A DNA stretch of 64,000 bases from an uncultured bacterium (GTDB lineage: Bacteria > Babelota > Babeliae > Babelales > Babelaceae). A program made the position numbers and the translations under genes. The notes beneath the pieces were generated by a model. It made no database searches and was not told the origin of the DNA. It was given only the letters and a program-made list of their open reading frames with translations. Numbering within the stretch: the stretch's first letter is position 1; the number at the start of each line of letters is the position of its first letter. Where the stretch lies: the NCBI GenBank assembly GCA_963848965.1, contig CAWKFG010000001.1:288001-352000 (forward strand), given 5' to 3'. Below, piece after piece: positions 1 to 9,528 of this stretch.

Positions 1-231
1 TTTACGGGAGCAGCTGTACCTACAGTACCAAAACCTGTAGTTATGGCAAAGCCGCTGCCTCCAAAGCACGTGCCAACAGCTAGGCCACAAAGCTCTTTCT
101 CGCAAGCACAACCACGTATGTTTAAAGAAAAAGAGGTAGCTCTTTCTATTACTGACAAAGAAAAATGGCCACGTGCCTCTACTATTCTCAGAATATTTCC
201 TGGTACAATTACATATAAAGCATCAAGTTGA
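1..231 (+). CDS. 3' end of a hypothetical Pro/Lys-rich protein (open past the window start)
   Basis: Frame 1 is open from base 1 (FTGAAVPTVPKPVVMAKP...) to TGA at 229-231, just before the der RBS. Confidence 0.55.
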   Translation, partial: FTGAAVPTVPKPVVMAKPLPPKHVPTARPQSSFSQAQPRMFKEKEVALSITDKEKWPRASTILRIFPGTITYKASS

Positions 232-243
232 GGAGTTTTTCTA

Positions 244-1569
244 ATGAGTACTGTTGGGACAGTGGTTATTGTAGGACGTGTTAATGTAGGTAAATCTACG
301 CTTTTTAATCGTCTATCAGTAGATGTTAAAAGTATTACACTCGATTATGAGGGAGTAACACGAGACTTTATAAAAGATCGAGTACAATGGCATGGTATAG
401 CATTTGATATTGTAGATAGCGGAGGTATCACTTTACGCAAAGTGCAAGATCCCCTATTTGAAAAAGTACGGCAAAAAGTATTAGATCTTGTAGAAACTGC
501 AGATCTTATTTTATTTGTTATTGATGGTACTGTAGGAGTACTCCCAGAAGATAGAGAGATTTCACAGTATCTTCATAAGTTAGGAAAGCCTGTTCTTCTT
601 GTTGTTAACAAAATGGATAGTAAAAAAGTGCAAGAGCATCTGTATGAGTTTCAAAAGTTAGGACACTCTATCATTGTTCCTGTCTCTGCTCAACATGGTA
701 CTGGTATCGGTGAACTGTTAGATGCTGTTGTTTCTCATTTGCCTAAGAAATCGACAAAGAAAGAAGAGATTAAGGCTACTTATAAAGTTATGCTTTTAGG
801 AAAGCCGAATGTAGGTAAGTCATCTTTGATGAATGCTCTGTTAAAAGAAGAGCGAGCATTGGTATCAGAGCTGCCAGGAACAACACGAGAGGCACTTTCG
901 GAGACTATCTCATTTTATAAAGAGAATATAGTGCTTACCGATACGCCGGGAGTACGGCGTAAGCGAGCTGTATCAGAAGAGCTTGAAACGCTTATGGTAA
1001 AAAGCTCCTTTGCAGCACTTAAAGATTCTGATATTGTAGTATTGTTAATGGATGGAAGTGCTCATGAGCTTGCAGATCAAGAACTTAAGCTTGCTTTTTA
1101 TGCATTTACTGAGCATTATAAAGCATTGATACTTCTTATTAATAAGCAAGATCTTATGACAGAAGTAAGTAAACAGGATCTTGAGCGTAGTTTTGATTAC
1201 TATCGCCATTTGATTCAAAAGATTCCTATATTGAACATTTCTTGCAAGACGGGCAAGAATGTTGGTCGTGTACTTCCGCTTATTCATGAAGTGTGGCAGC
1301 GGTATAGCCATAGGTTTGAAGATGTAGAGCTTAATAGGCTGTTGATTAGCTCTTTACAAAAAAAGCCTTTATACCATAAAACGCAAAAGCTGCAGGTCCA
1401 TGAGGTAAAGCAGATAGGAACTGCGCCGCCTACTATTTTTATGAAAGTTAATGAACCAAAGTGGTTTGGTCCTTCGCAGCTTGGATTCTTTGAAAATATT
1501 TTGCGTTCAGAGTATGATATGCAAGGAGTACCGGTTAAGTTTGTAATAAGAAAAACTGCTATATCGTAA
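244..1569 (+). CDS. der: Ribosome biogenesis GTPase Der (EngA)
   Basis: Two tandem G domains (GRVNVGKS/DSGG/NKMD and GKPNVGKS/DTPG/NKQD) plus KH-like C-terminus; RBS GAGGAG. Confidence 0.97.
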   Translation: MSTVGTVVIVGRVNVGKSTLFNRLSVDVKSITLDYEGVTRDFIKDRVQWHGIAFDIVDSGGITLRKVQDPLFEKVRQKVLDLVETADLILFVIDGTVGVLPEDREISQYLHKLGKPVLLVVNKMDSKKVQEHLYEFQKLGHSIIVPVSAQHGTGIGELLDAVVSHLPKKSTKKEEIKATYKVMLLGKPNVGKSSLMNALLKEERALVSELPGTTREALSETISFYKENIVLTDTPGVRRKRAVSEELETLMVKSSFAALKDSDIVVLLMDGSAHELADQELKLAFYAFTEHYKALILLINKQDLMTEVSKQDLERSFDYYRHLIQKIPILNISCKTGKNVGRVLPLIHEVWQRYSHRFEDVELNRLLISSLQKKPLYHKTQKLQVHEVKQIGTAPPTIFMKVNEPKWFGPSQLGFFENILRSEYDMQGVPVKFVIRKTAIS

Positions 1570-1583
1570 AGACGGAGAAACGT

Positions 1584-1913
1584 ATGCAAAAACGTATTGC
1601 TTTCAGAGGAATGGAGCATTCGCCTGTTTTAGAAGAGTTTGCACAAAAACATTTAGAAAAAATAGAGCGCTTATTAGAATCTGAGCCGACTCCTGTGTCT
1701 ATAGATTTAGTGCTTGAAGCACATCCTACACATGCTCATCATAAAGTAGAGCTGCGTGTAAAAACACCTCATTATGATCTGGTTGCTCAACACGAAGGCC
1801 CAGAGATGTACCAAGAAGTAGATAGAGTTACTGATAAAATGATACAAGAGATACGGAGAGCCAAAGAGCGCTTTAATGAAGAGAAGAAAAAAAGCGATTT
1901 TCATAGGCCATAG
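1584..1913 (+). CDS. hpf: Ribosome hibernation factor HPF/RaiA, short form
   Basis: 109 aa; IAFRGMEHSPVLEEFAQKHLEKI...MYQEVDRVTDKMIQEIRRAKER pattern. Confidence 0.85.
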   Translation: MQKRIAFRGMEHSPVLEEFAQKHLEKIERLLESEPTPVSIDLVLEAHPTHAHHKVELRVKTPHYDLVAQHEGPEMYQEVDRVTDKMIQEIRRAKERFNEEKKKSDFHRP

Positions 1914-1922
1914 TAATTATCG

Positions 1923-1948
1923 TAAGGGAGTTTTTTAGAACTCCCTTA
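1923..1948. terminator. Intrinsic terminator-like hairpin
   Basis: TAAGGGAGTT...AACTCCCTTA between convergent genes. Confidence 0.6.
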
Positions 1949-2020
1949 TTATCTGATCTTGCTAAGTTTATATTCTTGATTCTCTAAATCTCTAGAGCAG
2001 CTCTAACTTTGAGACTGTAA

Positions 2021-3406
2021 TCAAGATAGTGTATCTAATTGATTAAGTTGTATGGCATATTTTTCGTAAAGTTCTGGACATGCACCTGCTTTAAAAAGAG
2101 CAAGAACAAGTTTGACAGCTTTTTTTGTTACTGCAAAGGTTAGAAGTTTTTTTCCTTCTTGGGCTACTTGCTCAAGCAGAGCTCCAAAAAGAGTGATGAA
2201 CGTTGCAGCAAAATCAAAATTTTCACCTAGTAGAGCATAATCGAGAATAGTATATCCAGCAAGACTTCTAGCATTTAATGAGACAGAAGAAAGAGAGCAG
2301 TCTTTTAAGCTAGTAAGAATAGTAGTATGATCACAAAGAGCTGCATACATAAGGAAAGAGCATCCTTTACTGATTGTTGTAAGAGAAAGTTTTTCTTGCT
2401 GAATACTTTTAGAAAGCAGATCATGCACAAAAAATTCTGGATTTTTACAATATGTTTGCAGTGAAGGTTCTTGGTAAAGTTCCAAAAGATGAATAATGAA
2501 CTTATAATCCTCTTGATTCCCAAAGATAGAAAATTCGGGACTACGGCCGGCGTGAGTATATTCTTTTTGGGCAGCTTCTATACACTGTGGACTTATAGAA
2601 GCACCGTGGCAAAGCAGAGTAGCTACAGCTGCTTTCTTTCCTTTAGATACTGCATGATAAAGAGCAGACTGATTATTACTATCGAGCATGGTAACAGAAG
2701 CTCCTTTTTGTATAAGGAGAAGTATTGTATTTTTATGACCACGTAATGCAGCAGCCATAAGAGCTGACCTAGTGAATGTATGTGGAGGATTAACAAATGC
2801 ACCATGATCAATGAGAATTGAGGTTATTTCATTGTATCCTACAGCTGCAGCTCTTTCTAAGGGGCGCCACTGGCCAAAGTCCCAATTTACATCTGCTTTA
2901 TGTTGTAGTAATAACAGTACAATATCTTTGTTGTTCTTATCTATTGCATGTAATAAAGGCGTTTTTCCAAACCAATCTTTACTATTGGTGGAAGCACCAT
3001 ATTTAAGTAGTGTCTGCACTATATCGTAGCGCTCATGTATAACTGCATATATAAGAGCTGTTCTTTTATACTGATCTTGTAAATCAATTTGACTTTTACC
3101 ATGCTCAATAAGATATTGTGCAATTTCACTATGTCCAAGCTCTGCTGCAAGCATAAGTGGGGTTTTATTATCTCTATCGTGTGCGTTAATGTTTACAGGT
3201 TTGTCTGATTCTAAAAGTTCTTTGACTCGTACGTAATTATTATGAATAACCGCATCCGACAGTTCATCTTCTAAGGTTATGACTTTTTCTAGAAAAGATG
3301 CTTCAGATGGGGATTTTTGTGTCTCTTCAAATGATCGTTTCATACTAAAGCAAGAGGTGCCTACTGTTATAAGTATGAGTATAGTAGAGAGGCTACTTAG
3401 ATTCAT
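2021..3406 (-). CDS. Ankyrin-repeat protein with signal peptide, putative effector
   Basis: Repeated TPLMLAA/TALIYAV/TPLLHAI/SALMAAA ankyrin motifs; N-terminus MNLSSLSTILILITVGTSCFS-MKR. Confidence 0.92.
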   Translation of the reverse strand: MNLSSLSTILILITVGTSCFSMKRSFEETQKSPSEASFLEKVITLEDELSDAVIHNNYVRVKELLESDKPVNINAHDRDNKTPLMLAAELGHSEIAQYLIEHGKSQIDLQDQYKRTALIYAVIHERYDIVQTLLKYGASTNSKDWFGKTPLLHAIDKNNKDIVLLLLQHKADVNWDFGQWRPLERAAAVGYNEITSILIDHGAFVNPPHTFTRSALMAAALRGHKNTILLLIQKGASVTMLDSNNQSALYHAVSKGKKAAVATLLCHGASISPQCIEAAQKEYTHAGRSPEFSIFGNQEDYKFIIHLLELYQEPSLQTYCKNPEFFVHDLLSKSIQQEKLSLTTISKGCSFLMYAALCDHTTILTSLKDCSLSSVSLNARSLAGYTILDYALLGENFDFAATFITLFGALLEQVAQEGKKLLTFAVTKKAVKLVLALFKAGACPELYEKYAIQLNQLDTLS

Positions 3407-3577
3407 GGATATTTCCTTGCTACTCTAGAAGAATTGCTATTTACTATTAACCTTATTATACAGCAAATTAAAAAAAATAAAATTTGTGGTTTGTAGACTG
3501 GCTTTATGTATTATCCTTGACATTAAAATTATCCTATTAGTATTATTAATAAAAATAATGAAATAAAAGGAGTAGTT

Positions 3578-4357
3578 ATGTATAAATATTTATTTGTTAT
3601 GAGCATGTTTTCTTATTCTCTTCTAGGTATGGAAGGAAGAGAACCTGCTTTATCTGCGCAAGAAGAAAAGTCTTTTTTAAGTATTTTGCCTGCAGAGCTG
3701 CGACAGGAGCTTTCTGAATTTAAGAAAGAAACTATTGCTCAAGAGTTTAGAGAGAAATTTGCTCAAAAGGCAATACCGCAAACAGAGCAGATTGATTTTG
3801 TAGTAAAACGATTAAAGGATCTTAAAATAAATTTAGATGTTCCTATGTTAAATGCTTTTTTAGAGTTATTGCAAGCGAGATATGGCTGGTATGGAGAGGG
3901 AGGCTCGGAGTATCTTGGACCTAGAAGACTTCGTATTGCTGCACGGTTAGCTACTCCAGCAGCAATACAATGGTTGCAAGAGCAGATAAAGAATCCGCAG
4001 ACACGAAAAGAGTTCATGGAGCTTGTGAAAAAAGTCATTCAACTTGGAAAACATGATGAAGCTACCCTCAACGAGGTTAAATCGTATCTTGCTGCTTTAG
4101 GTGATGTTAATGCTACAGATCAGTATGGATGGACTGCTTTAATGTTTGCAGCAAGTGGTAATCTTCCTGTCGTACAGTTTTTACTTGATAATAAAGCAAA
4201 TGTTAACCTTCGCCATAGGACTCAGGATGAAGCAAAGACTGCTTTACAGATTGCGCAGGAATGGAGAGAAAGATTGCAAAGATGGAAAAATCTAGACGAT
4301 GTTGCTAGGCTTGATCAAATTATCAAACTACTTAAAGATCATGGAGCACAGGAATAA
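3578..4357 (+). CDS. Signal-peptide protein with F-box-like motif and C-terminal ankyrin repeats
   Basis: DVNATDQYGWTALMFAASGNLPVVQFLLDNKANVN ankyrin repeat; FLSILPAELRQEL near N-terminus; RBS AAGGAG. Confidence 0.85.
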   Translation: MYKYLFVMSMFSYSLLGMEGREPALSAQEEKSFLSILPAELRQELSEFKKETIAQEFREKFAQKAIPQTEQIDFVVKRLKDLKINLDVPMLNAFLELLQARYGWYGEGGSEYLGPRRLRIAARLATPAAIQWLQEQIKNPQTRKEFMELVKKVIQLGKHDEATLNEVKSYLAALGDVNATDQYGWTALMFAASGNLPVVQFLLDNKANVNLRHRTQDEAKTALQIAQEWRERLQRWKNLDDVARLDQIIKLLKDHGAQE

Positions 4358-4374
4358 GGTATACTATTGAATGT

Positions 4375-4400
4375 AATAGGGCAGCTTTCGCTGCCCTATT
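4375..4400. terminator. Bidirectional terminator hairpin
   Basis: AATAGGGCAGC-TTTC-GCTGCCCTATT between convergent genes. Confidence 0.75.
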
Positions 4401-4405
4401 TGTTA

Positions 4406-6253
4406 TCACTGAGCTAACTTGTCAAGCTCTTGCACAAGTTTTTCAATACCAAGCTCTTCTATTTCAACACCCCATTTTTTAATAACTTGATTGCTGGTAG
4501 GGTCAACAATAAGGTACGTTGGGAACCCCGCAATAGAGGAGCCATAAAGTTTTTTAACTTCTTCATAATCTGTTGTATGAACATCAGAATCGAGCTTAAG
4601 AGGTATATAACGTTGTAATACTTTCAGTATTCGATCATTATGGAATATAGTTCTGTCTAAAGATTTACAAGCACCACAATAGGTAGCACCTATGTCAATA
4701 AAGAGACGCTTATGTTCTTTTTTGGCTCGTTCTACTACTTGTGTATAATCATTGAGCCAAATAGATGGTTTTTCTTGAGGATAAAAGTGTTCATGCGTTG
4801 CTTTATACCCTTGTGCTGCCATAATGCAGGCAAGTACAATAAAGAGGGTCCCCATAAAACTCTTGTATCGTCGTACCCACTTACTATCATAGGAGGTCAC
4901 ACTCATAAAGTAGTAGATACCAAGCGCTAATAAGCTGGCTACAATAATCCAGACAAGGATATACCATGGGAAATACTTCTCTAAGTGTGACAGATGATAA
5001 AAGCCCATACCCATAAGCATAATACCAAAAATCTTTTTGACTTCAACCATCCACATACCTGCTCGTGGAAGCATGTTCATTGAGCTGGAGAAGGTCCCAA
5101 TAATAAGAAGAGGCAAGCTTGAGCCTATGCCAAAGAAAAAGAGAAGGATAAACCCTTCAATGTATCCTGTAAGGCTTCCTGCCGTGCTTATGCTTGCTAC
5201 ATAGTTAAGAATAAGAGCAAGACCAGGAGATAAGCAGGGTGATGCTATAGTACCACTTATTGCACCAAAGAGGAATGCAGAAAGAAATGATCCTCCTTTA
5301 ACTTGTGTACTTTTCGGTTGTAAAAAGCGAGGAATATACATCTCATAGAATCCAAACATAGAGCCACCAAAATAAAAGAGAATGGCGGCAATGGGTACAA
5401 CTATCCATGGACTTCCTTGCATTTCTCCAAAGACACAACTACCGAGCGCTGCAATAAAGCCAAGCAGGGCAAATGTTAAAGAGATGCCCAGCGTATAAGA
5501 AGATGCTAAAAGAAAGTTACGAAAAGGAGATTTGCTTGTATTTGCTTGTAAAATGCCTACGGTAATAGGAATCATTGGATAAATACATGGTGTTAAACTT
5601 AGTAATATTCCTAAAATAAGAGCTGCAAGTATTCTAATAAAGCGAGAACCAGTAGAGGTAAATAAAGAAGTAAGAGTTTGTTTCCATGTGTTTACAGTGG
5701 TACTTACTGAATTTACGACACGTTGCATAAAATTTCCCCACAGTGACGGTTGTGGTACTTCACATGAGACATCATTACGCGGCGTATACGACTGAGCTGT
5801 GGAGTTTGTAGCAGATGTTGTAGTCTCTTTTCCTGCTTGTTCTAATGTGGGCTCTGAAAATTTTAGAGCGATAGTTTTTTCCTGCGGTTGTTGGGTGCTA
5901 CTTACATTAAAATGCGTGTGAATAAGAGCATCATTTACTTCTTGTTTTGGATCTTTTTGTGCTTCAAATGTAAAAGAGACTTTATCTTTGTAGCCTTCTT
6001 TTTGTGCTTTAAATGCTTTGTCAAAAAAGGAGCTTGTTTGTCCATCGACAGTTATTCCAGAAAGCTTTATATGAGGTGTATTAACAGAAGGGAGAAAGCT
6101 ATCTTTATAAAGATACTCATGTGGCTCAAGATTTACTGTAACAGCTATTCGTTGGTTGTTTTCGTTTATTTTCTCTGTTTTGTAGGTATATTCATAGCTA
6201 AAGAGAGGTACAAAGTTGAGAATGGCGAGCACATGAAAGATCCGTAATTTCAT
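4406..6253 (-). CDS. dsbD: Thiol:disulfide interchange protein DsbD
   Basis: SLTPCIYPMIPI and ASPCLSP membrane cysteines, LPRAGMWM motif, C-terminal thioredoxin ATYCGAC. Confidence 0.92.
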   Translation of the reverse strand: MKLRIFHVLAILNFVPLFSYEYTYKTEKINENNQRIAVTVNLEPHEYLYKDSFLPSVNTPHIKLSGITVDGQTSSFFDKAFKAQKEGYKDKVSFTFEAQKDPKQEVNDALIHTHFNVSSTQQPQEKTIALKFSEPTLEQAGKETTTSATNSTAQSYTPRNDVSCEVPQPSLWGNFMQRVVNSVSTTVNTWKQTLTSLFTSTGSRFIRILAALILGILLSLTPCIYPMIPITVGILQANTSKSPFRNFLLASSYTLGISLTFALLGFIAALGSCVFGEMQGSPWIVVPIAAILFYFGGSMFGFYEMYIPRFLQPKSTQVKGGSFLSAFLFGAISGTIASPCLSPGLALILNYVASISTAGSLTGYIEGFILLFFFGIGSSLPLLIIGTFSSSMNMLPRAGMWMVEVKKIFGIMLMGMGFYHLSHLEKYFPWYILVWIIVASLLALGIYYFMSVTSYDSKWVRRYKSFMGTLFIVLACIMAAQGYKATHEHFYPQEKPSIWLNDYTQVVERAKKEHKRLFIDIGATYCGACKSLDRTIFHNDRILKVLQRYIPLKLDSDVHTTDYEEVKKLYGSSIAGFPTYLIVDPTSNQVIKKWGVEIEELGIEKLVQELDKLAQ

Positions 6254-6300
6254 AGAAGTTCCTTTTTTCTTAAAAATATGCTACTATACTACTATATTAT

Positions 6301-6376
6301 GGGGTTGTAGCTCAGTTGGTAGAGCGCATGGATGGCATTCATGAGGTCACCGGTTCGAATCCGGTCAGCTCCACCA
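6301..6376 (+). tRNA. tRNA-Ala(GGC)
   Basis: Cloverleaf GGGGTTG...CAGCTCC-A-CCA with G3:U70; anticodon loop ATGGCAT; GGTTCGAATCC T-arm. Confidence 0.96.
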
Positions 6377-6524
6377 GCCTACGCTCTTTGAGCTACGGAC
6401 GGGCACAGCGGCTGGCAAGCCAATCTTTTGCTTCACTCTTTAAACTATCAGTCTTCGCCAAGAGCTATGACTTGTAGCGTAAGTAGACTGACATAGTGGG
6501 CGTAACCAGCCTTGTGCGCTTGTC
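6374..6524 (+). repeat. REP-like palindromic element(s) and nested inverted repeats after tRNA-Ala
   Basis: CCAGCC-TAC-GCTCTTTGAGC-TAC...GGCTGG-CAAGCC; second copy AGTC-TTC-GC..GC-TAT-GACT at 6450-6472; related to copies at 37360 and 59078. Confidence 0.65.
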
Positions 6525-6542
6525 TGTATTTTAACCCATTTT

Positions 6543-6965
6543 TTAGAGTGTACACTTTTTATGTATCTCTGTCTTCAATTCGTTAAGTTCTTTTTTGAGT
6601 TGTGTTTTCTCCAGTCTTTTATAGAAGACATGGCAAGCAAGATGATTAATAAAGTCATTTCCTGCTACTATTGCGCCATCTCTTACAATACAAGTTTGTT
6701 GTCCTGCTTCTGATTCTGCTAAGATCTCTTCAAACTCTTTTATTTCACTTTTTATTTCGTTGAGCTTAGTGAATATAACAATATAGCGGTTATCAGGTAG
6801 AGAGCTTTTTGTAGTAAGAAGCATCTCTTTTTTTGTTCTCATCATCAACTTAAAGAGAGGTTCTTCATATTTTTTTACAATTTTAACTTCATTGTGCTTC
6901 ATTCCATATATATTATATGAAAGGGTAAAAAGAAGTGAGATACCTAAAAGTTTTGTTAGTTTCAT
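6543..6965 (-). CDS. Hypothetical secreted coiled-coil protein
   Basis: 140 aa; signal peptide ending NIYG-MKH; RBS AAGGA. Confidence 0.75.
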   Translation of the reverse strand: MKLTKLLGISLLFTLSYNIYGMKHNEVKIVKKYEEPLFKLMMRTKKEMLLTTKSSLPDNRYIVIFTKLNEIKSEIKEFEEILAESEAGQQTCIVRDGAIVAGNDFINHLACHVFYKRLEKTQLKKELNELKTEIHKKCTL

Positions 6966-6988
6966 GAAATAATCCTTAGTAACAATTG

Positions 6989-7867
6989 TTAGTATTCTTC
7001 AATACTAATGTTCCCTTTTGTTGCTTCAAGCGTAACAGGAGCACCTTCTGCTCCTATAGTGCCATCTACTTCTCTTTTGTCTTTTTCCCAGGTAGCTTCA
7101 TTTAATGGTACTGGTTGAGTCTCTCGTTTAATGGGATGTTTTGAGGTAACTACGCCAGCAGACGTGCGAGCATGTACTGTTGCATGTATTCCACGCGGAA
7201 GATAAAGTTGTATATTTCCTCTGTCATTATGTAAGAATATACTGGAAGGGTCACTAAACTTTTTTTGTTTAAGTTTGATAGTCCCTTTTCCTGTTTTTGC
7301 GGTAACTGCTTTTGTGCTATCAGCAACCTCTATATCACCTTCGGCAAGTGAGATATCGAGTGCTCCTTGTAAATGTTTAATTTTTACAGATCCTTTTTGT
7401 TTGTTATCTATAGTAAGTGCACAATGCTCTGGAATCATAAGATTATAATTAACAGTTGCTGGATTCTGGTCAGGGATTACTCGTGTAGTTATAGTTACAT
7501 GAGCTGTTTTTGATTCAGGCTTACTATTACTACTTGGTTTCTCTTGGTCTTTGTCAGCAACTATCTTTGGTAGAATATTTGTTTTTATACCAATGGTAGT
7601 GTTTTTAAGCTCTTCTTGAGTTCCTTCTTTTTCAGCCTCAATAATGATCTTTTTTTGATTCCACGCTTTAACCGTTATTTTACCTCCAAGTGTATAAAGC
7701 TCAACAGTTGATTTATCTTCTAATGGAAGATCTTTATGTACGTATTCTTGTTCTTTCTTTTGCCAAAGATTGTTCATAAACTTTTTAGGACTAAAGCTAT
7801 AGAGAGAAAAATGGTGTACACTTATAAAAACAAATAAGGTACGTATAGTTTTTGTTATAGTTACCAT
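6989..7867 (-). CDS. DUF4097/putative-adhesin-like beta-strand repeat protein
   Basis: Repeating motifs TLGGKITVKAW, KTGKGTIKL, RTSAGVVTS, EATKGNISI; N-terminal hydrophobic segment. Confidence 0.75.
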   Translation of the reverse strand: MVTITKTIRTLFVFISVHHFSLYSFSPKKFMNNLWQKKEQEYVHKDLPLEDKSTVELYTLGGKITVKAWNQKKIIIEAEKEGTQEELKNTTIGIKTNILPKIVADKDQEKPSSNSKPESKTAHVTITTRVIPDQNPATVNYNLMIPEHCALTIDNKQKGSVKIKHLQGALDISLAEGDIEVADSTKAVTAKTGKGTIKLKQKKFSDPSSIFLHNDRGNIQLYLPRGIHATVHARTSAGVVTSKHPIKRETQPVPLNEATWEKDKREVDGTIGAEGAPVTLEATKGNISIEEY

Positions 7868-7908
7868 TAGAAATCCTCCACAGTATAGTAAAAGTTAGTG
7901 AGAGCATA

Positions 7909-9327
7909 ATGTATTCTACTAAAATTTTGCCAAATATTCAAAAGAAGGTCGCCAATCTCCTTGAACAATATCCGCTTATTTCTCCTATTGTGCATAGTAT
8001 TAATAAGCATAAAGGTCAAGCTTTTTTAGTAGGCGGTGCAGTACGAGATTTAATTTTAGGCTGTATTGCTCATGACTTGGATATTGAAGTACATGGTATA
8101 CCGCTTGAAGAGCTTGGACGTATTTTAAGTGAGTTTGGGCCAGTAAGCTATGTGGGTAAATCATTTGGTGTCTTAAAAATTCATGGTATGTCTATAGATT
8201 GGTCATTACCACGTACAGACAGTTCAGGAAGGAAACCTGAAGTTAGTATTGATCCGCATATGAATATTGTTGAAGCGTTACGCAGGCGCGATTTGACCAT
8301 GAATGCTATGGCAATTAACCTTTCTAACTATGAATTTATTGATCCCTTTAATGGCTATGAAGATTTACAAGTATGCGTCTTGCGCTCTCCAGATATACAC
8401 TTTTTTACAGAAGACCCTTTGCGCTTTTATCGTGTTATGCAGTTTATGGCCCGTTTTGAAATGTGGCCTGATGAAGCACTAGATAGCGTTTGCAAAACAA
8501 TGGATATTTCTCATGTTTCTACTGAGCGTATAGAGGCTGAATTTGAAAAAATGTTACTTAAAAGTGCAAAGCCATCATTAGGCATTCGGTGGCTTGACAA
8601 ACTAGGCAGACTCAAGGAGATAGTGCCTGAAATATATGCGACAAAAGAGGTGCCTCAAAATCCCGAATGGCATCCAGAAGGTGATGTGTTTGAACATCTT
8701 ATGCAAACACTCGATGCAGCAGCTGTATTATGTTATGATAACCCAGAAGAAAAGCTTATCCTTCTGTATGCAGCACTGTGCCATGATGTAGGCAAAGCAG
8801 TAACTACTGTGCTCAAAGATGGCAAATGGCGTAGTCCAGGACATGCAGAGGAGGGTGTTCCTTTAGCTAAGAAGTTACTCAAGCGTATTACCCGTAAAGT
8901 AAAACTTATTGAATCTGTAACTCGCCTTGTAAAATACCATATGCATCCTTTTCAATTTTTACAAAATGATGCATCATTAGCTGCCTATAAGCGTCTTGCA
9001 TTAAAGCTTGATGGTTATGCTTCACTCTGTATGCTTGCAAAACTAGTGCTTGCAGATAGACAAGGGCGTAATATACAAAGAGAGGTGCCTCTTACAGGCC
9101 CTGTTGAATTGGTAGATCAATTTATAGAGAAAGCTCAAAAAGCAGGGGTATTTACTCAAGTAGAAGAGCCACTTTTGCACGGTAGAGATATTAAAGATCT
9201 TGTGGAACCGGGCCCTTCTATGGGAAAAGCATTAAAATATGCCTATGAGTTACAATTGAAACGTAACATTAAAGATAAGGAAACTTTAAAGAGCTCTGTT
9301 AAAAAGTGGCTGCATTCTCAAAGATGA
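7909..9327 (+). CDS. cca: tRNA nucleotidyltransferase (CCA-adding/poly(A) polymerase family) with HD domain
   Basis: LVGGAVRD, DLDIE, RRDLTMNAM, EDPLR motifs; HPEGDVFEH and LCHDVGK HD domain. Confidence 0.9.
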   Translation: MYSTKILPNIQKKVANLLEQYPLISPIVHSINKHKGQAFLVGGAVRDLILGCIAHDLDIEVHGIPLEELGRILSEFGPVSYVGKSFGVLKIHGMSIDWSLPRTDSSGRKPEVSIDPHMNIVEALRRRDLTMNAMAINLSNYEFIDPFNGYEDLQVCVLRSPDIHFFTEDPLRFYRVMQFMARFEMWPDEALDSVCKTMDISHVSTERIEAEFEKMLLKSAKPSLGIRWLDKLGRLKEIVPEIYATKEVPQNPEWHPEGDVFEHLMQTLDAAAVLCYDNPEEKLILLYAALCHDVGKAVTTVLKDGKWRSPGHAEEGVPLAKKLLKRITRKVKLIESVTRLVKYHMHPFQFLQNDASLAAYKRLALKLDGYASLCMLAKLVLADRQGRNIQREVPLTGPVELVDQFIEKAQKAGVFTQVEEPLLHGRDIKDLVEPGPSMGKALKYAYELQLKRNIKDKETLKSSVKKWLHSQR

Positions 9328-9528
9328 AGGTATCTCAGCCCTAAGAAAAATTTCTATAAAGATAATTTGATTTATAAAAGTTACTATAAATATTGTTTCA
9401 AACTTTGGATTGCCTATGTTTACAAGGAGTTTCTTCTATTTATGTCTTAGCTACAGTCTATGATGCTTGACAAATTATATGATTTAAGAAAAGCTTGAAA
9501 AAACTGACTAATCTGATGTTAAAGAGGT

